A DNA stretch of 63,048 nt, counting the filler, from Reclinomonas americana ATCC 50394 (Eukaryota), in assembly GCA_048213135.1 (NCBI GenBank). It is 13 parts of 13 records of this genome, joined end to end, with 100 filler letters (N's around TTAATTAATTAA, not from the genome) between each part and the next. Parts side by side here need not be neighbours in the genome. Positions count along the whole stretch, not along the records: positions 9,011 to 15,067 come from AFZH01022812.1; positions 15,168 to 26,967 come from AFZH01022813.1; 11 more parts are not named here. One strand, given 5' to 3'. Positions within the stretch are counted from its first letter, which is position 1. Each line of letters begins with the position of its first letter. The position numbers were made by a program, and so were the translations under genes. Below the pieces are notes generated by a model. That model was not told the DNA's origin, did not search any database, and saw only the letters and a program-made list of their open reading frames with translations. Of this stretch, positions 11,237 through 25,725 are shown in pieces.

Positions 11237-14200
11237 ATGGCGGCGCTCATGGACCGCGTGGAACGCCTTCTTCGGCCGACGGAGAAGTGCAAGTTTGTGT
11301 GTGAGGTGATGTGGTTGAACGCGGGCAGCAGCAGTGGAGGTGCATCGGGTGGCGGCGGCAGTGGCAGTGGCGTCGTGGCGGTGTCTGGAGGCTCGAGTGG
11401 CAGCGGGAGCGGAGATAAGAGCAAGCGACCCATCACACTCGCGCTGGTGTACACGCGCGACAAGAGCAAGCCTGTGGAGTATGCGTTGCGTCCCCGCCCC
11501 CTCTCTCGCTCTCTCTTGCTCTCGTGGATTCGATCATTCTTGTCGTCTGCGAGCTTACCCTGTTCATCATGTCATGTGTGTGCTGTGTGCTGTGTGCTGT
11601 GTGCGTGTGTGGGTTCGATCGCTTGGCTGTTCAGTGTGTTCATCTACGAGAAGCCTTCGCTGGAGATCGGGAGCACGGTGTATACACTACGCGCGTGTCA
11701 TCCAGTCAACTTGGAATCGGGATTGAAGGCAAGTGTGACACTGGCTGGCGTGCACGCCATTCTCGCTCTCGTTTCTCTTTACTCAGGCATTCTCTCTCTG
11801 CCACTGCACACTCCACACGGGAACCTCTCGCTCTTGACAGAATCTTTCTCTCTCTCGCTCTCACTCTCGTGTTGCTTGTGTTGTGATTGCACATTCCTGT
11901 GCGCCGATCGCTGTGAGTTTGTGTGTGAATTGCCGGCTTGGAAGGTCGGCTGTGGTGGTGGCGACGATGGACTGACGTGGTGCTTGCATCGTTTGTGTGT
12001 GTTTTCTTGCAATGTCGACAACAAACAGTTCAACGGCGAAAGCCAACTGGAGATCTTCTTCCGTTCCAGTGGCGACGTGTACGCAGTGGAACCGCTTGCA
12101 CTGTCACACATGTGGAGTTTGTCGACGCACTTGTCGCGTGCGCTGCAGTCTGCACGTTGCGTGAGCGAGAGGTGGCATGTATCGTGTGTTGAGACTTGGC
12201 GATCTCTCATCTCGTCGTCGCGCAGACTCGTTGTCGCGATCCGGCAACACACACCAATGGCTCGAACCATATCGCGCCATGTTGAACAAGCCCATCGAAC
12301 TCACCGACGAGCTGCCGTGGGAGGTGACTGAAAAGTCTGCCGATCCACCAGCAGGTGTGCTACAGCGCCCGTCAATCCGTGTATGTGTGTGCGTTTCTCA
12401 CTGTCACAACCAATAGTCGTGGACGTCATGTTTGACGAAATGTTTGGTGACGACGGTGGCCCGTCGGGTTCGAAGCCAAGACCAGCCTCCTCCTCTGGTG
12501 GGGCGGCATCGTCGGCGGCAGCCGGTGCCGACAGTGACTTTGGCGACTCGTTTGGTGGCGGTCCGTCGTCGCGGGCCTCTGCCGCCGGCGTTGACACAGT
12601 CGTGGTGGAATCGCCCTCGCATCTGGCTGGTCGCTCCAAGAGTCGCTCTTTCCGGATACCAACCTCGCCGGCGCTGAACCCTGCTGCGGAGCACTTTGAT
12701 GCACGTGAGCAATGGTTGAGGAACGAGATGAAAAAGAGGGAACACGAGTTTACGGAGCGCAGTCGCCTCAAGTTGCGTCTCGCCACTCGCCACTGTTGCC
12801 ACCATTGTGTCCAGCAGTCGCTCATCCGTGCATGCGCAGGGTTGTGGTGGGCACATGGAACGTAAACTCCAAGAAGACCAAGGAGGATATCAGTGGCTGG
12901 ATCCAGACGAATTTGTGCGCGGATGTGTATGTGTTTGGGTGCGTGCGTTTCCCTCTACTGTCGGTACAGTGGTCGTGTACCTCACGCGTGGAGTGCAGCA
13001 TGCAAGAAATTGATATGACGGCCGGTGCGCTGATCTCGGAGAACAACGCGAGTGGTAAATTCTGGGAGAGGACAATGCAGGAGGCCATGGAGAAGAACGC
13101 CGAGTTCCCTTATCACATGGTGCGCCAGCCCGCCGTACCTCCTTTCACAGGAGATACGTGTTTGTCCCCTCCTTTTTTACCAACACCCTTTCTTTGCGCG
13201 TGCAGGTGGCATCCAAGCAGTTGGTCGGCATGTTTATTGTGGTATTTGTGCGAACGGACCTGTTGGATTTCGTGTCCAACGTTCGAGTCGCACAACAGGC
13301 GTGCGGTATCATGGGCATTATGGTGTGTGTGGTTATTGTGCTTCTGCGCAGGCGAATCCGCGAAGGTGGCTGCTGACACACCAATGAATCGTGCAGGGCA
13401 ACAAGGGCGGCGTGTCTGTGCGCTTCAACATTCATGAGACCTCATTCTGCTACATCAACGCCCATTTGTCACCACACATGGACAATGTGGCCAGGCGCAA
13501 TGCCAACTTCCACACTATTGTGGAGCGCCTCGACTTTGGCGATGTGCAGTATCAGACCGTGTTTGACCATGAGTTGCGTTGGGAGATGAAGATGTGCGAG
13601 AAGGGTCATCTGCTCACTCACTGTCACTGCTCCGCCACAGTTACGTGTTCTTCTTTGGCGATCTGAACTACCGTGTGGCAACGACACTGGCCGATGCGCG
13701 TGATCGCATCCGGCGGAAAGATTTTGACTACCTTTTGAAGTACGACCAGGTTGGTGGTGCCGTGTGACTCGGTGAGCGTGTCACACCGATCCAGTGCTGA
13801 CGCTGCTGCGCAGTTGAACAATTCGAGGGAAAGTGCGCAGGCGTTTGAGGGCTTCAACGAGGGCCGCATCGCATTTGCGCCCACATACAAGTTCGATCCC
13901 GGCACCGATGAGTATGACACCAGGTGCGTGCAGACTCGCAAATCTATCTACTCTTCTTTCTCTCCCTCACTGTCACTGGCGCCGTACCCGCCTCACAGTG
14001 AGAAGAAGCGTGTGCCGGCATGGACCGACCGAGTGTTGTGGTGGGTTCGCGACACGGATGCGTGTCCGGTGGAGCAGTACGCCTACTCGTCGCATCCGCT
14101 GCGTGCGTCGGATCACAAGCCCGTGTCATCCGTGTTCTACGTGGAGGTACATGGCACGTGTGTGTGTCTTTGAGGTCCCAGAACAAATGCTGAATGTTGT

Positions 14201-15067
14201 GAACAGGCGCGCAAGGTGATTCTCGATCGCCAGCACGAGGTGCTGACGGATTTGCTGAAGGAGCTGGACCGAATGGAGAACGAGCTGTTGCCGGAGATTT
14301 CGCTCTCTGGCCAGGCGTTCTTCTTTGAGGAGGTCAAGTACGGCGAAGCCGTGCAACTGTCGCTGTTCCTGCACAATGTCGGCAAAGTACTCGTGCAGTA
14401 CTCGTTCTCGCCAAGTCCGGCCACCGGTCTCATGCACAAGCCGTGGCTGCACATTGAGCCTGTGACTGGCCTCGTGACGCCGAGTGACACACAGGAGATC
14501 AAGGTGCGCAGCCTTTGAAGCGCTGTGTATGTGCGCGCGCGCGTGTGTGTGTTTGGGTGCTCACACCTGTTCGACGCGCAGTTTACGATTTTGGTGAACG
14601 AGGAGACGGCACCGTCACTCAACAGTGGCGTGGAGACGCTGGAGGACATTCTCATTCTGCATCTGGACAATGGCCGCGACCACTTTGTTGCGCACCACTC
14701 GGGGGAAGTTGGTTCTATCATGTCCGATACTCATTCCCTCGTCCCCCACGCACTGCAGATCTCGGTCTCGGGCAACTTCTTGCCGTCGTGCTTTGGCAAC
14801 AGCCTCGACAAGCTTGTCGGTATTGCCGGGCCTCTGCGCAGCATCTTGCCGCAGTCGTCCATTACCACGCGCCTGAAAGTACCCAAGGAGATTTGGAGAT
14901 TGGTGGACTACATCTACCGCAAGGGCCTCAACGAGGACGGCCTCTTCCAGGAGGAGGGCGATACCGAGGAGGTGGCCGATGTGCGAGAGATTCTCGACAC
15001 TGGAGCCTCGTTCGACACCTTTAGTTGCGCCTGCTCACTCGTGTCCTGGGTTGTGTTTTGGCTCATT
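11237..15067 (+). CDS. OCRL: Type II inositol polyphosphate 5-phosphatase (OCRL/INPP5B-like: PH-like, 5-phosphatase, ASH, RhoGAP-like); 3' truncated
   Basis: GTWNVN, GNKGGVSVRF, FFGDLNYR, FAPTYKFD, PAWTDRVLW and SDHKPV; ASH EDILILHLDNGRDHF; RhoGAP-like VPKEIWRLVDYIY..GLFQ. Confidence 0.92.
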
Positions 15068-15585
15068 NNNNNNNNNNNNNNNNNNNNNNNNNNNNNNNNN
15101 NNNNNNNNNNNTTAATTAATTAANNNNNNNNNNNNNNNNNNNNNNNNNNNNNNNNNNNNNNNNNNNNTGTGTTGTGCTCGTTTGTTAATACGCCTCCTCT
15201 TCTGGCTGACCCAAAGGACGTTGCAGATACGCGAACACAGGCGAGCGCCACTGGAGTAAGAAAGGCACCGCTTCTTTTGGACACGTAGAAATTGGTCGCG
15301 GTGGTTTCCGTTTTTCCTGTTTCTCGTGTGTTGCTCATTTCTACAAACTACTTTGCCCGGCGCGTCCTTCCATTTGTTCCCTTGTGACTCTTTTCTCGCT
15401 TCTGCATTTCTCCCTTTCTCTCTCTGTGTGTGTCTGTGTTTGCGGCAAAATGTAACCGTGTTTTTTTGCCCGAAAAGTTCGGCGCGGTTTGATCCGATTC
15501 GGGACGATTGCAGTACTTTTCTTCATCGAGCGAGAGAGGATCGCCAACTCCACACTCACCCCTCTACCCCTTCGCAACGCACACA

Positions 15586-16726
15586 ATGTCCTCTCACCCC
15601 TGGCACGGCATCCTGCTCTCAGACGCCACTGACGAGGTACGTTGGCCAAAGACACACAAGAAAAAACGCAATCCAACTGCATCGACTGCTGCAAACTGTT
15701 CCCCCACTCGCTCACCGCCAATCCTCGCCTCCTCTTCTCTTCTCTTGTCTATTGCACAGCTCCTCGAAGTCAATGCCGTCGTCGAGTCGCCACAAGGCTC
15801 GAAAGGTTTGAGTTGTCTCGCAACTTGCCAGAAGTGTTCTTTTCCCAATCCCTCACTCTCTCTCCCTTTCCCTCCCTTTCCCTCTCCCGTGCTTCCAGTC
15901 AAGTACGAGCTGGACTTGCCCACGGGACTGCTGCGCGTGAACCGCGTGCTCTCCTCGTCCATGATGTATCCCCACAATTGTTGCGTTTCGCTGATGATCC
16001 TCGCCTGTGCATCTCCCACTTGCAAGCTCGCTCACCCTCGCTTTCCCGTCTTGGTGAGCAGATGGCATTGTGCCGCAGACACGTTGCGTTTGCGTGTGTT
16101 TTTCCCAGCTCTTGCATGCCGCAATGGGAGGTTGACAACTCAAATCCCGCGTACGCAGTGTCGGGAGACGGATCGCCTGTCGACGCACTCATTATGATGT
16201 CTGAGCGCGTGTTCCCACTCTCGATCCTGCGTGCGCGACCGATTGGTCTCTTGGAGGTCACCGACAATGGAGTCGTCGATCACAAGGTCTGTGCCGTTGC
16301 CGTCCCACTCTTCAGTCTCAGTGTGCCTCAAACTCTCTCTCCTCCTCCCAACAGGTCATCTGCGTCCACCTCGACGACCCGAGCTACAACGGCTACTCAT
16401 CGATGGACGAGTTGCAGCCGCACACGCTGGCCGAGCTGCGCCAGTTTTTCCGCGATTACAAGGCCGGCGAGGGACACCAAGTCAAGGTCGGCGAGTTCCA
16501 GGGTGCCGCCGAGGCACGGCGATTCCTGCAGGATGCGGCCCAGCGATACGCTGCTCACCGGCCAAAGCTGCCTGGCTTCAGCGAGCGACTGGCGGCACCT
16601 CTGCTGTCACCGTCAAAAGCCTCCAAGTTCGCCGAAGCCACTCGCGACACGCACGAGTTGCACGACGGCAACGATTTGGGTGAGAGCGTAGGCACATCAA
16701 GCCTGATTGACTCGACACACTTTTAA
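15586..16726 (+). CDS. ppa: Family I soluble inorganic pyrophosphatase, 6 exons including a 21-nt micro-exon (16062-16082)
   Basis: HPWH, VESPQGSK|VKYELD, YPHNYGIVPQT, DGSPVD, DNGVVDHK, FFRDYK. Confidence 0.88.
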
Positions 16727-17005
16727 AGAGACTGTGGACCCACCACAATAGAGGGCGAGAAGAGAGAGAGAGAGGAGGCACACAAGTGAGAAAACGAGTG
16801 TAACGCCAGCGCAGCACTTCGTGACAGGGTGTGGAACACTAGGCGAATTGATCCTCTACAATGATACAGCAAAAACATCAACACTACAGCAAAAATGACA
16901 AGAGTGAGCACGCGGCCATTGCAGTGGCGCGCGGCCCAGTACAAGAAAGAAAGAAAGAACTACTACAACAACAACAACAGCATGGAGGAAAATACTATCG
17001 CGCTC

Positions 17006-19871
17006 CTATCGCACGTACGCATTGGTGTTGCTGACGTCGGTAAAATGACGCAGCGACGGCGCAGAGCCTGATCCGCGACGAGTAACGCCGGGCGCCGCCA
17101 GTGGTGACGGCAGTGGGGTAACCGTGCGACGGAACGTGGGCGGACTGACGAGTGACGGACGCGCGTGCGATGGTGTCGGCGGCACAGCGGTGGAGCTGGC
17201 GACGCTGCTGCCGCTGCCGGGCTTGATGTCGTCCAGCATCGCTCGCAGCCGGTGCAGCGAGGTGTCGACCGATGACCACAGATCGCGGAAATTGAGCAGC
17301 GACGAGCGAGTCTGGTGGAACGATGTGTGCACGGCGGCCTCCAGATGATTAAAGGCGCCCTTGTCGTCGGGCGGAACAAAAGTCGAGGGCGACGGAATCG
17401 CCAGAGGCGACAGTGGCGCCGACACTGGTGAGTCTGCCGTCGAAATCAACAGTCGCTGGTACTGCTTGTGCACGTCGAATGTCGACACGGGCGACATGGG
17501 CGTGGTGGTGTATGGCGAGGTCGAGTGTGCACTGAGATAGGTCGACGAGCCAGCCGACAGCGGAGGCGACGGCAGCGTGCCGCCAGAAGCCGTCAACGAG
17601 GCGCCGATGGTGCCGCCAGCGGTACCGGTGACTGTGGTGGAAGAAGCGGAGGAACGCAGCGTCGTCGCATCCATGATTGCAGGCTGTGGCGTGGCAAACA
17701 TCGACAGCACAGGTGTGCGCAGTGGTGGCGAGTACACGACGGGATGCGTCGGCACCGACAAGACTGACGGCGCCAACTTGGGCGCATCGGAACCACTCAT
17801 GGGCGCCTTGGGCGGCGTGCCAAACGCCGGCGGCGGCAGCGGTGGTCGACTGGCACTGTACCGTGGCGGCGGAACAAACACCATATCCGACAAAGAAGAA
17901 GCGGCATGCACACTCTGCGCAGACGAGGTAGGGGCGGCGGTTGGCTCGTGTGACCACATGGGCTGTCGTGGTGGCGGCGGCAGCGGCACCGCACGCTCCG
18001 TCACCACCTTGGCCTCGAGCGGGTCGAAAAGCGGCCGACGTGACCGCTCCCCGGGCGACGGAGGGGCGGGTGGTGGCAACATGGGCATCGCGCGACCGGC
18101 GAGCGAATCCAGCGACATGGACGGCACTGGTCTCGGCATGCTGGCGTCGCTACTGTACATGGAGTTGTTGTGGTTGTGGTTGTGGTTGTGTGCGACAGCA
18201 ACTGTCGTGTCTCGTACTGCTGGCGCTGGCGATGCGAGTAATGAAGGCGCGGGTGGCGGTGGCGAGGATTGCAAGGCGGCAAGCTTGTCTGCCGGCTGCT
18301 TCGCCGACAGCAACGACTCGATGCCTTGTCCACACAAAGCACCGAGCAAATCCCATGCCTCGCGAAGCAGAGCGTCAGCTGTGGTACTCCGCCCACCGAC
18401 CTCGGTCTCGATCTGCAGAAAGAGTCCCACCAGCTCACGCAGCAGCTCAGCCTGCTGCTGCTGTTCAAAGTGGACCATGCGCTCCATGTCGGCGGTCGAC
18501 GGAACGGCGGTTGTGGTCGTCGTGGTCGTCGTCGTTGTCGTAGTGGTGGTGGTGGTTGTCGTCTGCGTCGCCCACGGCGCCAGCGGCGCACTTGTGGCCG
18601 ACAGCTTCCCGTTGGGTGAGGACGGCACTGCAAGTGCCTCGGTGGAGCTGTCGCGACGATGAAACGCCGGCGGAGGCGGCAACAACGGCGCAAACATCGA
18701 CGTGGAGAGGAGTGACGGCGGCGTGGCCGAGTCGAGCGGCAACGGTGCCGCACGACCAGCCTCATCCGGCCCCGCGGTCGTCCCATTCGCCGTCGTCGCC
18801 GCTCCCGCCGCCGTCATTGCTGCCGCACTCATCACCATTCCAGTCGGTGAGAACGGTTCCTGCGACGCCCGATTCGACACGATACGACTCGCCGTGGGCG
18901 ACACCACACGACTGCCTCCCGCCGATGTCGAGTCGGCCAACAACAGCGTATCCACTGCGTGAGCGTGCACCGTTGTGTGAGCACACACATCGAATCACCA
19001 CTGGTACCAAGAAAGGCCCTCCCATCCAATCCAAATCACACTCACACTCTGTAATGGTCTGCTCCAGCCGCGCCTCGATCGGCAAGAACGTGGGCACATC
19101 AAAGAAGCCCTCGCCATCCTCATCATCGTCATCATCTTCGTCGTCATCGTCATCGTCAGCGGCCGCGGGATGACGGCGATGCACAAACTCATCGGCGATT
19201 CCTTTCCGCGGCTTGCCGCCGTACTGGAGCAGATAGTCGACAAACTCAGGCACCTCGGGGTTCGCCTGGCACACAAGAACTGAGCATCGCACACAACCGA
19301 CCCCAACAACACACACAATACTCAATACTTCATGCACACACACACCTCCAACACGTTGCTCTGTCGTCGCTTTCGACCGGACGTTGGGCTCTCTGTCGGG
19401 AACACCAAGCACAAGTACTAACACACAAACACCACCGCACGAGTGAGCAACACGAAAAGAGGGCGCGCGCGTACGCGCCATGACCATGACACACACACAA
19501 ACCTGGAACACCGAGGCCGGGATGGAGGCCTTGCGTGCCGCAGCCATGGACGCCTCACTGTGATGATGATCGTCTGCACTCGCCACATCAGCAGCCTCCC
19601 GCTGGTGCTGCTGCAGGGCATCGACCAGCAGACGATGATCCACGACATCATACGCCGACGCCGGCGGTGGTGGATCGCGCCCAATGAACGATGGTGTGCG
19701 GTGCTTGAGCCGCAGACGCGCACGTCGCGTTGTCAGCACTCGTGTCGCAGTCGACGATGAGGTGGTCGTCGTGTGAGTGGTGCCGTCCTCATCGTCGCCC
19801 ACGAGACGATCAGAGGTGGCGCGCTGATGCATGCCGCGTCGACTGGAGGTCGAGTCGGCTGGCGCAGCCAT
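17006..19871 (-). CDS. Low-complexity Pro/Ser/Thr-rich protein of unknown function; multi-exon
   Basis: A long open last exon (660-aa ORF) with poly-T, poly-Q and (HN)n tracts. Upstream acidic exons. No recognisable domain. Confidence 0.6.
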
Positions 19872-20155
19872 TCTGCGCGCGCTCCCGAATCGCTATGTGA
19901 GATGGTGTGCGATGACAAAAACGGCGGGACCACACTTCACTTGCTCGCGTCAGGCACACTCTCCCTGCTCGAATGGACGCGACCGCGGATGACGGTATGC
20001 CCTTCTTCTCCGCCTTCCTCCACCTCTCTGTGTTGTGTGCGCCACTCACGAAGGAAACAAACGCGCAGTTCTTCAGCGACTTCGCGAGTGCACGTCGCTG
20101 GTGACGCGCTTGGTGGTCTGTCGCCGCGAGCTGTTCCTGCTCTTTATCGACTATT

Positions 20156-23100
20156 ATGGACGACAGCGTGCGCTGCAGACGTACTTCCGGTCAGTGTGAG
20201 AGAAGCAAAGGAGTTTGTGTTCATTTTTCTGAAGTGCGAGTCGTTACACCCAACAACAGTGGGCATCGTGAACGATGCATGCGACGGCAGCGTGCGGTGT
20301 TGCACTCGCATACGCGGGACTTTATCGTGCGCCGTGGCATGTCAGTGGTGCGTCTTTGGCGAGTGTGTGTGTGTTCTGTCACGAGTGTGTCTGTATTGAC
20401 GACGATCCATCGTGCAGCTGGCCACCGATAGTGCCGTCAGCGATGTGCTGAACATGCTGCGTGCGGCGTTTGCGGAGGAGAGAGAGTCGATTGACACGGC
20501 GGAGCGCAAGCTGCTGTTGCGTTTTGCTGCGCCTGCTCGTGTGTTCTCATACGCAAGTCCCTCATCTCGTTGGTGTGTAGCGATGCGGTGCAGCAGCACT
20601 TGGTGCACCGGCGGCAGCAACTCGAGTCGCAGATCCGCGAGCTGGAGGTGGAATGCGCACAGGCCAACCTCACGGATAACCAGATGGCGCTCCTGTTGAT
20701 GCATCCGGCGGTGGTGGAGGAGCACGACTCGCTGTTGCAGTTGCGCCTCGCGTGCGCTGAGGGAGACCTGCCGCCGATGCCACCTCTCTAACATGCACTT
20801 CTGGCTTCTATCCCCGCAGATCGCTGTGCATCGATTCACTCGGGACGCAGTTCTTTCCGCCCCTGGCCGACGAGCACGGCGATGTGGATCCGCAGTTCCA
20901 GTTCCTGTGGGAGGACATTGAGGCCAGCTTTGGCATGCCGGGAAACGATGATGTTGGTGCGTTGTTTGCCGCACCCGCTGCGATGTGTGTGGCACTGGAA
21001 AAATGACTGCGGTGAACAGAGGATGACGACGACGATTTCGGCGATGTGGACATGAATGCGGACTTGTTGCGCGAGATCCAGTTCAGTGTGATTGCCAATC
21101 CGCCCGTGCAACTGGCGAGTAACGCACCACCACCCCCAGCGTCGACTGGCAGTGCCACGAAGGTACATTCTGCGTGACCCGGCTCGTTTTTTTGTGTCGA
21201 GAGTTCTCACCACCGCCGCAGGTTGTCCCACCAGCCCCACCAAACACAGTGGAGCAGACGGCGCGCGGTCCAGGCGGCCAGTCGCTAGTGTCGTCGCTGT
21301 CGTTGCCGCAGAGACCACCGTCGGCGGCACGCAGCTCGACGGGTCCTTCACCACACAGCTCCGGATTGCCATCTCCACGACCCTCTAGCAACTCGATGCC
21401 ATCTCCGCGGCCATCGCAAGGCGATCGATCGGCCCGCGGTGCCGGTATGCGATCTCCCAGCCCCGCAGCCCGTCTCCGCTCTCCATCACCAAATCGGCAC
21501 TGGCGACCGACTCGCACCGCTCCGACGGGCGTCGATTTGCAAGAGTTCCAGCAAGGTGTCTCGCCTGAGCACAAGCTGCGCAGATTAGCGGCGGCCCGAG
21601 CCCGAGCGCGCAAGTTGTACAATGGAGGCGAGCCCACGCGACAGCAGGTGGTGCAGTCCGACCGGGAGATCGCCGTCCGTTCGCCCTCACCACGGCGCGA
21701 ACGCATCAAGCCGGCGCTGCCGGTGGATGCACTCTCGCCCACCTCTCGTCGGCGCTTGGAGGAGACTGTGCGCAACACGCTGGTGCGCGCACAAGACGCA
21801 GTGTCGCGGCAAGAGGAGACGACGCCTGCATTGCCAGAAGACACGCTGTCGCTCGGGAGTGGATCGGTGGATGAGCGACGCGATGCGGTCGCGCAAGACT
21901 CTCAGTCAGTTGGCGAAGCGTCAGTGACAGAAAAGGCCGTGGTGCAAGTGGCCGACCGAGTGCTGTCGCGACTCGAGCGTTTCTACAATCGTATCGATCG
22001 TGCTTTTGCCGCACGGCCGCCACCGCCAGAACGCGAGAGACCATCGGCTTGTTGCGTATGCCTTTTTGTTCTCCTCTCTGGTTGTTGAAACTGTGACATT
22101 CACGCACGCGTGTGCCGGCAGTGTTTGATGACGTGCGGTCGCATTTGCGTCAGTCGGTACTCTTCCGCGAAGGACGACTGGCGATTGGTCCAGCAGTGCG
22201 TACTGTTTTGTGTGTCTCGAGACGTACCAGTTTGTCGGCTGACATTGCCTTCTGCCCGCAGAGAAATGCACGGCTCGACGACAGCGACGACGACGTACGG
22301 GCGTCGCCACTGGCCAAGTTGGCGCAGTATGATGCCGATGATGGTGTGCATGCACTCTCTCTATGCAAATGCTCGCAATGTTGGTGATCTCACTCTGCGT
22401 GTGTGCATTGGTGCAGCCCACGAGTCGCCCGTGTCGCTGGTGACGAGATCCATTGTGGAGGAGACTGTTCGCTCGCACTTGCAGCAGCGTCGCCTTCGTC
22501 GAGTTGCGTCATGCACCTCATGCTTCATTGTGACAGCCGTCTGCTTACTCACCACCCTTCCGTTCACAGGCCGAGTCGCCGGCGCCGGTGATCGACGTCG
22601 ACGAGTTGGTGAATCTTACCGGCGACATTCGCAAGTCACGTGTTCGTCGCGAACGCCGAGAGCGCAAGGTATGTCGGTCGCGCCTTGTGTTTTGTGTGTG
22701 TTTCGCACCGCTGCTCACGCACGTCTGCAGTCATCACGAATGTCGTCGTCGCTGCAGTCGTCGCCGCGCACCGACACAGAATCACCGTCGATGCATCTGC
22801 TCACGCACGCCACCTCGTCGGCACGAGGGTTCCGCTCATCGTCTCCGCTTTTCCGCTCCCCATCTCCCTCCTTTGCTCCTGCTACTGCGGCGGCCGTGGC
22901 ACCCATTGCGCCGGTGGCACGTGTGGCCAAGACGATTACGGTGACGGCCAGTTCGCCAACACACATTTCCGTGGCCACGCCACTTCCTTTACCGTCGCGA
23001 CCCATCAGCTCCGTGTTGTCGGCCGACGATTTCTCTGCCGCCTCGTCACCACGCGTGATTGTGGCACCGGGTCACTCGGCTAGTGGCACGTCGTCCATGC

Positions 23101-23273
23101 TGAGCACGCCTCGCGAGGACAGATATCACGAGGCCATGGTGGCCGCGTATGCTGACGTACTGAGCACTCTGCACGGAGACGTGGGGAGATTGCTGCAGCT
23201 CAACTCGGAGAACCGGGAGGAGCTGGCCAGAGAGAATGACGCGCATGCGCTGTTTGAGAGATTTTTCGTTTAG
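20156..23273 (+). CDS. Multi-exon protein of unknown function (coiled coil plus Ser/Pro-rich regions)
   Basis: A chain of phase-compatible exons (RQQLESQIRELEVE, RSPSP repeats, DVDELVNL) ending at TAG 23271-23273. It could be two genes. Confidence 0.5.
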
Positions 23274-23336
23274 CGGTCGCCCCTCGCCATTGTACGTTTT
23301 TTTACTGCTTTTGCTGTTACTGGACGCTCTCCCGTC

Positions 23337-25725
23337 TCAGTAGGTGGCCCTCTTTGCGCGGTTGCGGAACGCCTTGACCTGTTTCACAGCATGCTTCGGT
23401 GGATTCTTGGTGAGGCACGTTTCGTAGTCCTTCAGTGCGGCCTCGTCGTTGAACAACTGCTGGTTGATCTGGCCACGGAACAGATACACGTCCCAACCGG
23501 CCTTGACACACACACGATGTCAGTGTGACAACAGCAAACCAACACACTTGCTCCCCGCCGACACTCTCTCACCTGGTCGCCGAGCAAGTCAATAGCCTTG
23601 GTGCAGTCGACCAGAGCGTCGGCCATGCGTCCGCTCGCCATGTTGACTTTGCACCGGTTCGTGTAGGCCACTGGCCACTTGGGACTGAGCTCGATGACAC
23701 GGGAAAAGTCGGCTCTGGCCTCGGCATAGTTCTTGACGCGCTCATGCATCAGCGCACGGTTGTACAGCGCCACCGTGTTGGTGGGATCCAGCGACACGGC
23801 CTCGTTGTAGCCCTTGAAGGCCTCCTCGCGACGGCCCATCTCCTCCAGCAGCGAGGCGCGCGAGTGATAGGCCGAGGCGGCAGTCTTTTTTGCACACGCA
23901 AGAAGATTGTCAGTTTGTTTCTCCTTTTGGCAGCGACGCAGTGTCTCACCCCGACGTACCTTGCCATCGGGATCGAGCTCAATCGCTCGGTTAAAGTCCT
24001 TCAGTGCCTTGTTGCGCTTGTGGCGGTCGACGTACAGCTGCGCGCGTGAAAAGTGCACATCGGCGCGATTCGGGTCCAGCTGCAGCGCGCGATTGTAGAG
24101 GCGCTTGGCGTCCTTCAAGTGTCGCTGCTTGTGATGCTCCACGGCCACTTCGTAGATAAGCTGCACGTTGGAGGGTGCCAACTCCAGTGCCTTGTCGTCT
24201 GCGCCGCCGTTCTCCGACGGTGTGAGATCGCGCAGATGAAGAATATGCCAATCGCACAGCACGCAACAGTCCTCAAAGGCCTTCTTGACCTCATTCGATC
24301 GCATGTGCACCTGGCCGCGACGGTAGTACGCGTCAGGGTCGTTGGGATTCAGCTTGATGATGCGGCTAAAGTCGCGCAAAGCCTCCGGGAGCTTGCCCAT
24401 GGTGACAAGCACATTGCCACGAGCACGCAGACTGCCAATGTCTCGAGGTGACATGGTGAGGGTCTGGGAAAAGTCTTGCAGCGCCATGTCGGCGTTTCCG
24501 AGGCTGGTGTGCGTCAGGCCACGATAGTAGAGTGCTGTAACAAAGGTACTGTGAGATTTGAAACAGGAAATGCAAAAAAGAAACACACTCACCTGTGGAG
24601 ACATCCTGATTCACAGCACCCCGCTCAGTCGTGCCGCCCTCTGCCACGGCCTTGTTGAAATCAGCGAGGGCCTCGGGGAACTTCTCCAAGGCAGCCAGAG
24701 CCATGCCACGGCTCAGGTAGTGCAGTGAGGTGTCGTCGCGCTGCGCAGAGAGTTTTAGCGATTGCCTGCTTGGGTCTGCGTGTGTGATGCCAACCCACCG
24801 CCAGCTTCAAGCACTTTTCAAAATCCTTCAGCGCCTCCTTCGGTTTCTTCAGGCCGTTCAGGTACAACAGACCGCGGTTGTGCAACACGCCCACGTTGCC
24901 GGAATCGATCTCCAGCGCCTCGTTGAAGAATTTGAGCGCCTCATCGAACTGTCGCTCCGTGAACAGCACCAAGCCCAGTGAATGCATGGCGGCGGCGCTC
25001 TCCGGCAACAGCTCCACCACGTGCTTGTAGTAGCGAATGGCGGTCTTGTTGTCGTGCTGTCGCTCCACCATGGTTCCGAACCGGTGCAGAATGGGGCCGA
25101 GAGCGGGGTCCGACATCGATTCCGGGAACTTGGGGTTGTCCACGGGGAAGCCACGCAGCTTGAAATACTCGCTCATGTCGGCCACTGCACGCGTGTACTT
25201 GGCCTGTGGGTGGGAACATTGTCAGTGCATCACTCTCTCATGCTCTCACGAATGCACGCACACACACCTGTCGCTTCTCCTCCGAGCTCTCGCGATCGCC
25301 TTCCTCGTCCAGGTTGGTGGCACGCACCAGATAGGCCTCGGGGTCCTTCGGGTGCTTGCTGATGACCTCGGTGCACGAGTCCACAGAGTCGCATCGTGGC
25401 ACCTCGTCCTCCTTCTGCTTCTCATCTGCTGCTGCTTCTTTCTTTTGCTCTGCGCCATCGCTGCTGCTGCTGCTTTCCTCCTCTGGTGTGCCAATGATCA
25501 ACACTGCATGGCATGCGAGTGAGCGTGAAGAGCGCAAAGCATGTGTGTGTGCGTGACACGTGGCGACAAACCCTCGTCATTGTCTTCGTCGTCGTCGTCG
25601 TCCTCTTCTTCCTGCTTGCTGACTGCCTTGGTGGCCTTGGCAGCCTCCACTACAGTGACAAGCGAGACCACGTAGTGGCACAGGAGGAATGCCAGGAGGA
25701 GAGCGGCAACTCTCCGAGTTTGCAT
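23337..25725 (-). CDS. Tetratricopeptide-repeat protein with an N-terminal signal peptide; multi-exon
   Basis: Many TPR units (AYYRRG..AFED, ALYNRA..ARADFSRVIELSP, AYTNR..ALVDCTKAIDL) and a hydrophobic N-terminus MQTRRVAALLLAFLLC. Confidence 0.85.

Noticed and set aside
17577..18662. 361-aa plus-strand ORF with poly-Val
   Set aside because: It is the antisense of the poly-Thr, Pro-rich exon on the minus strand.
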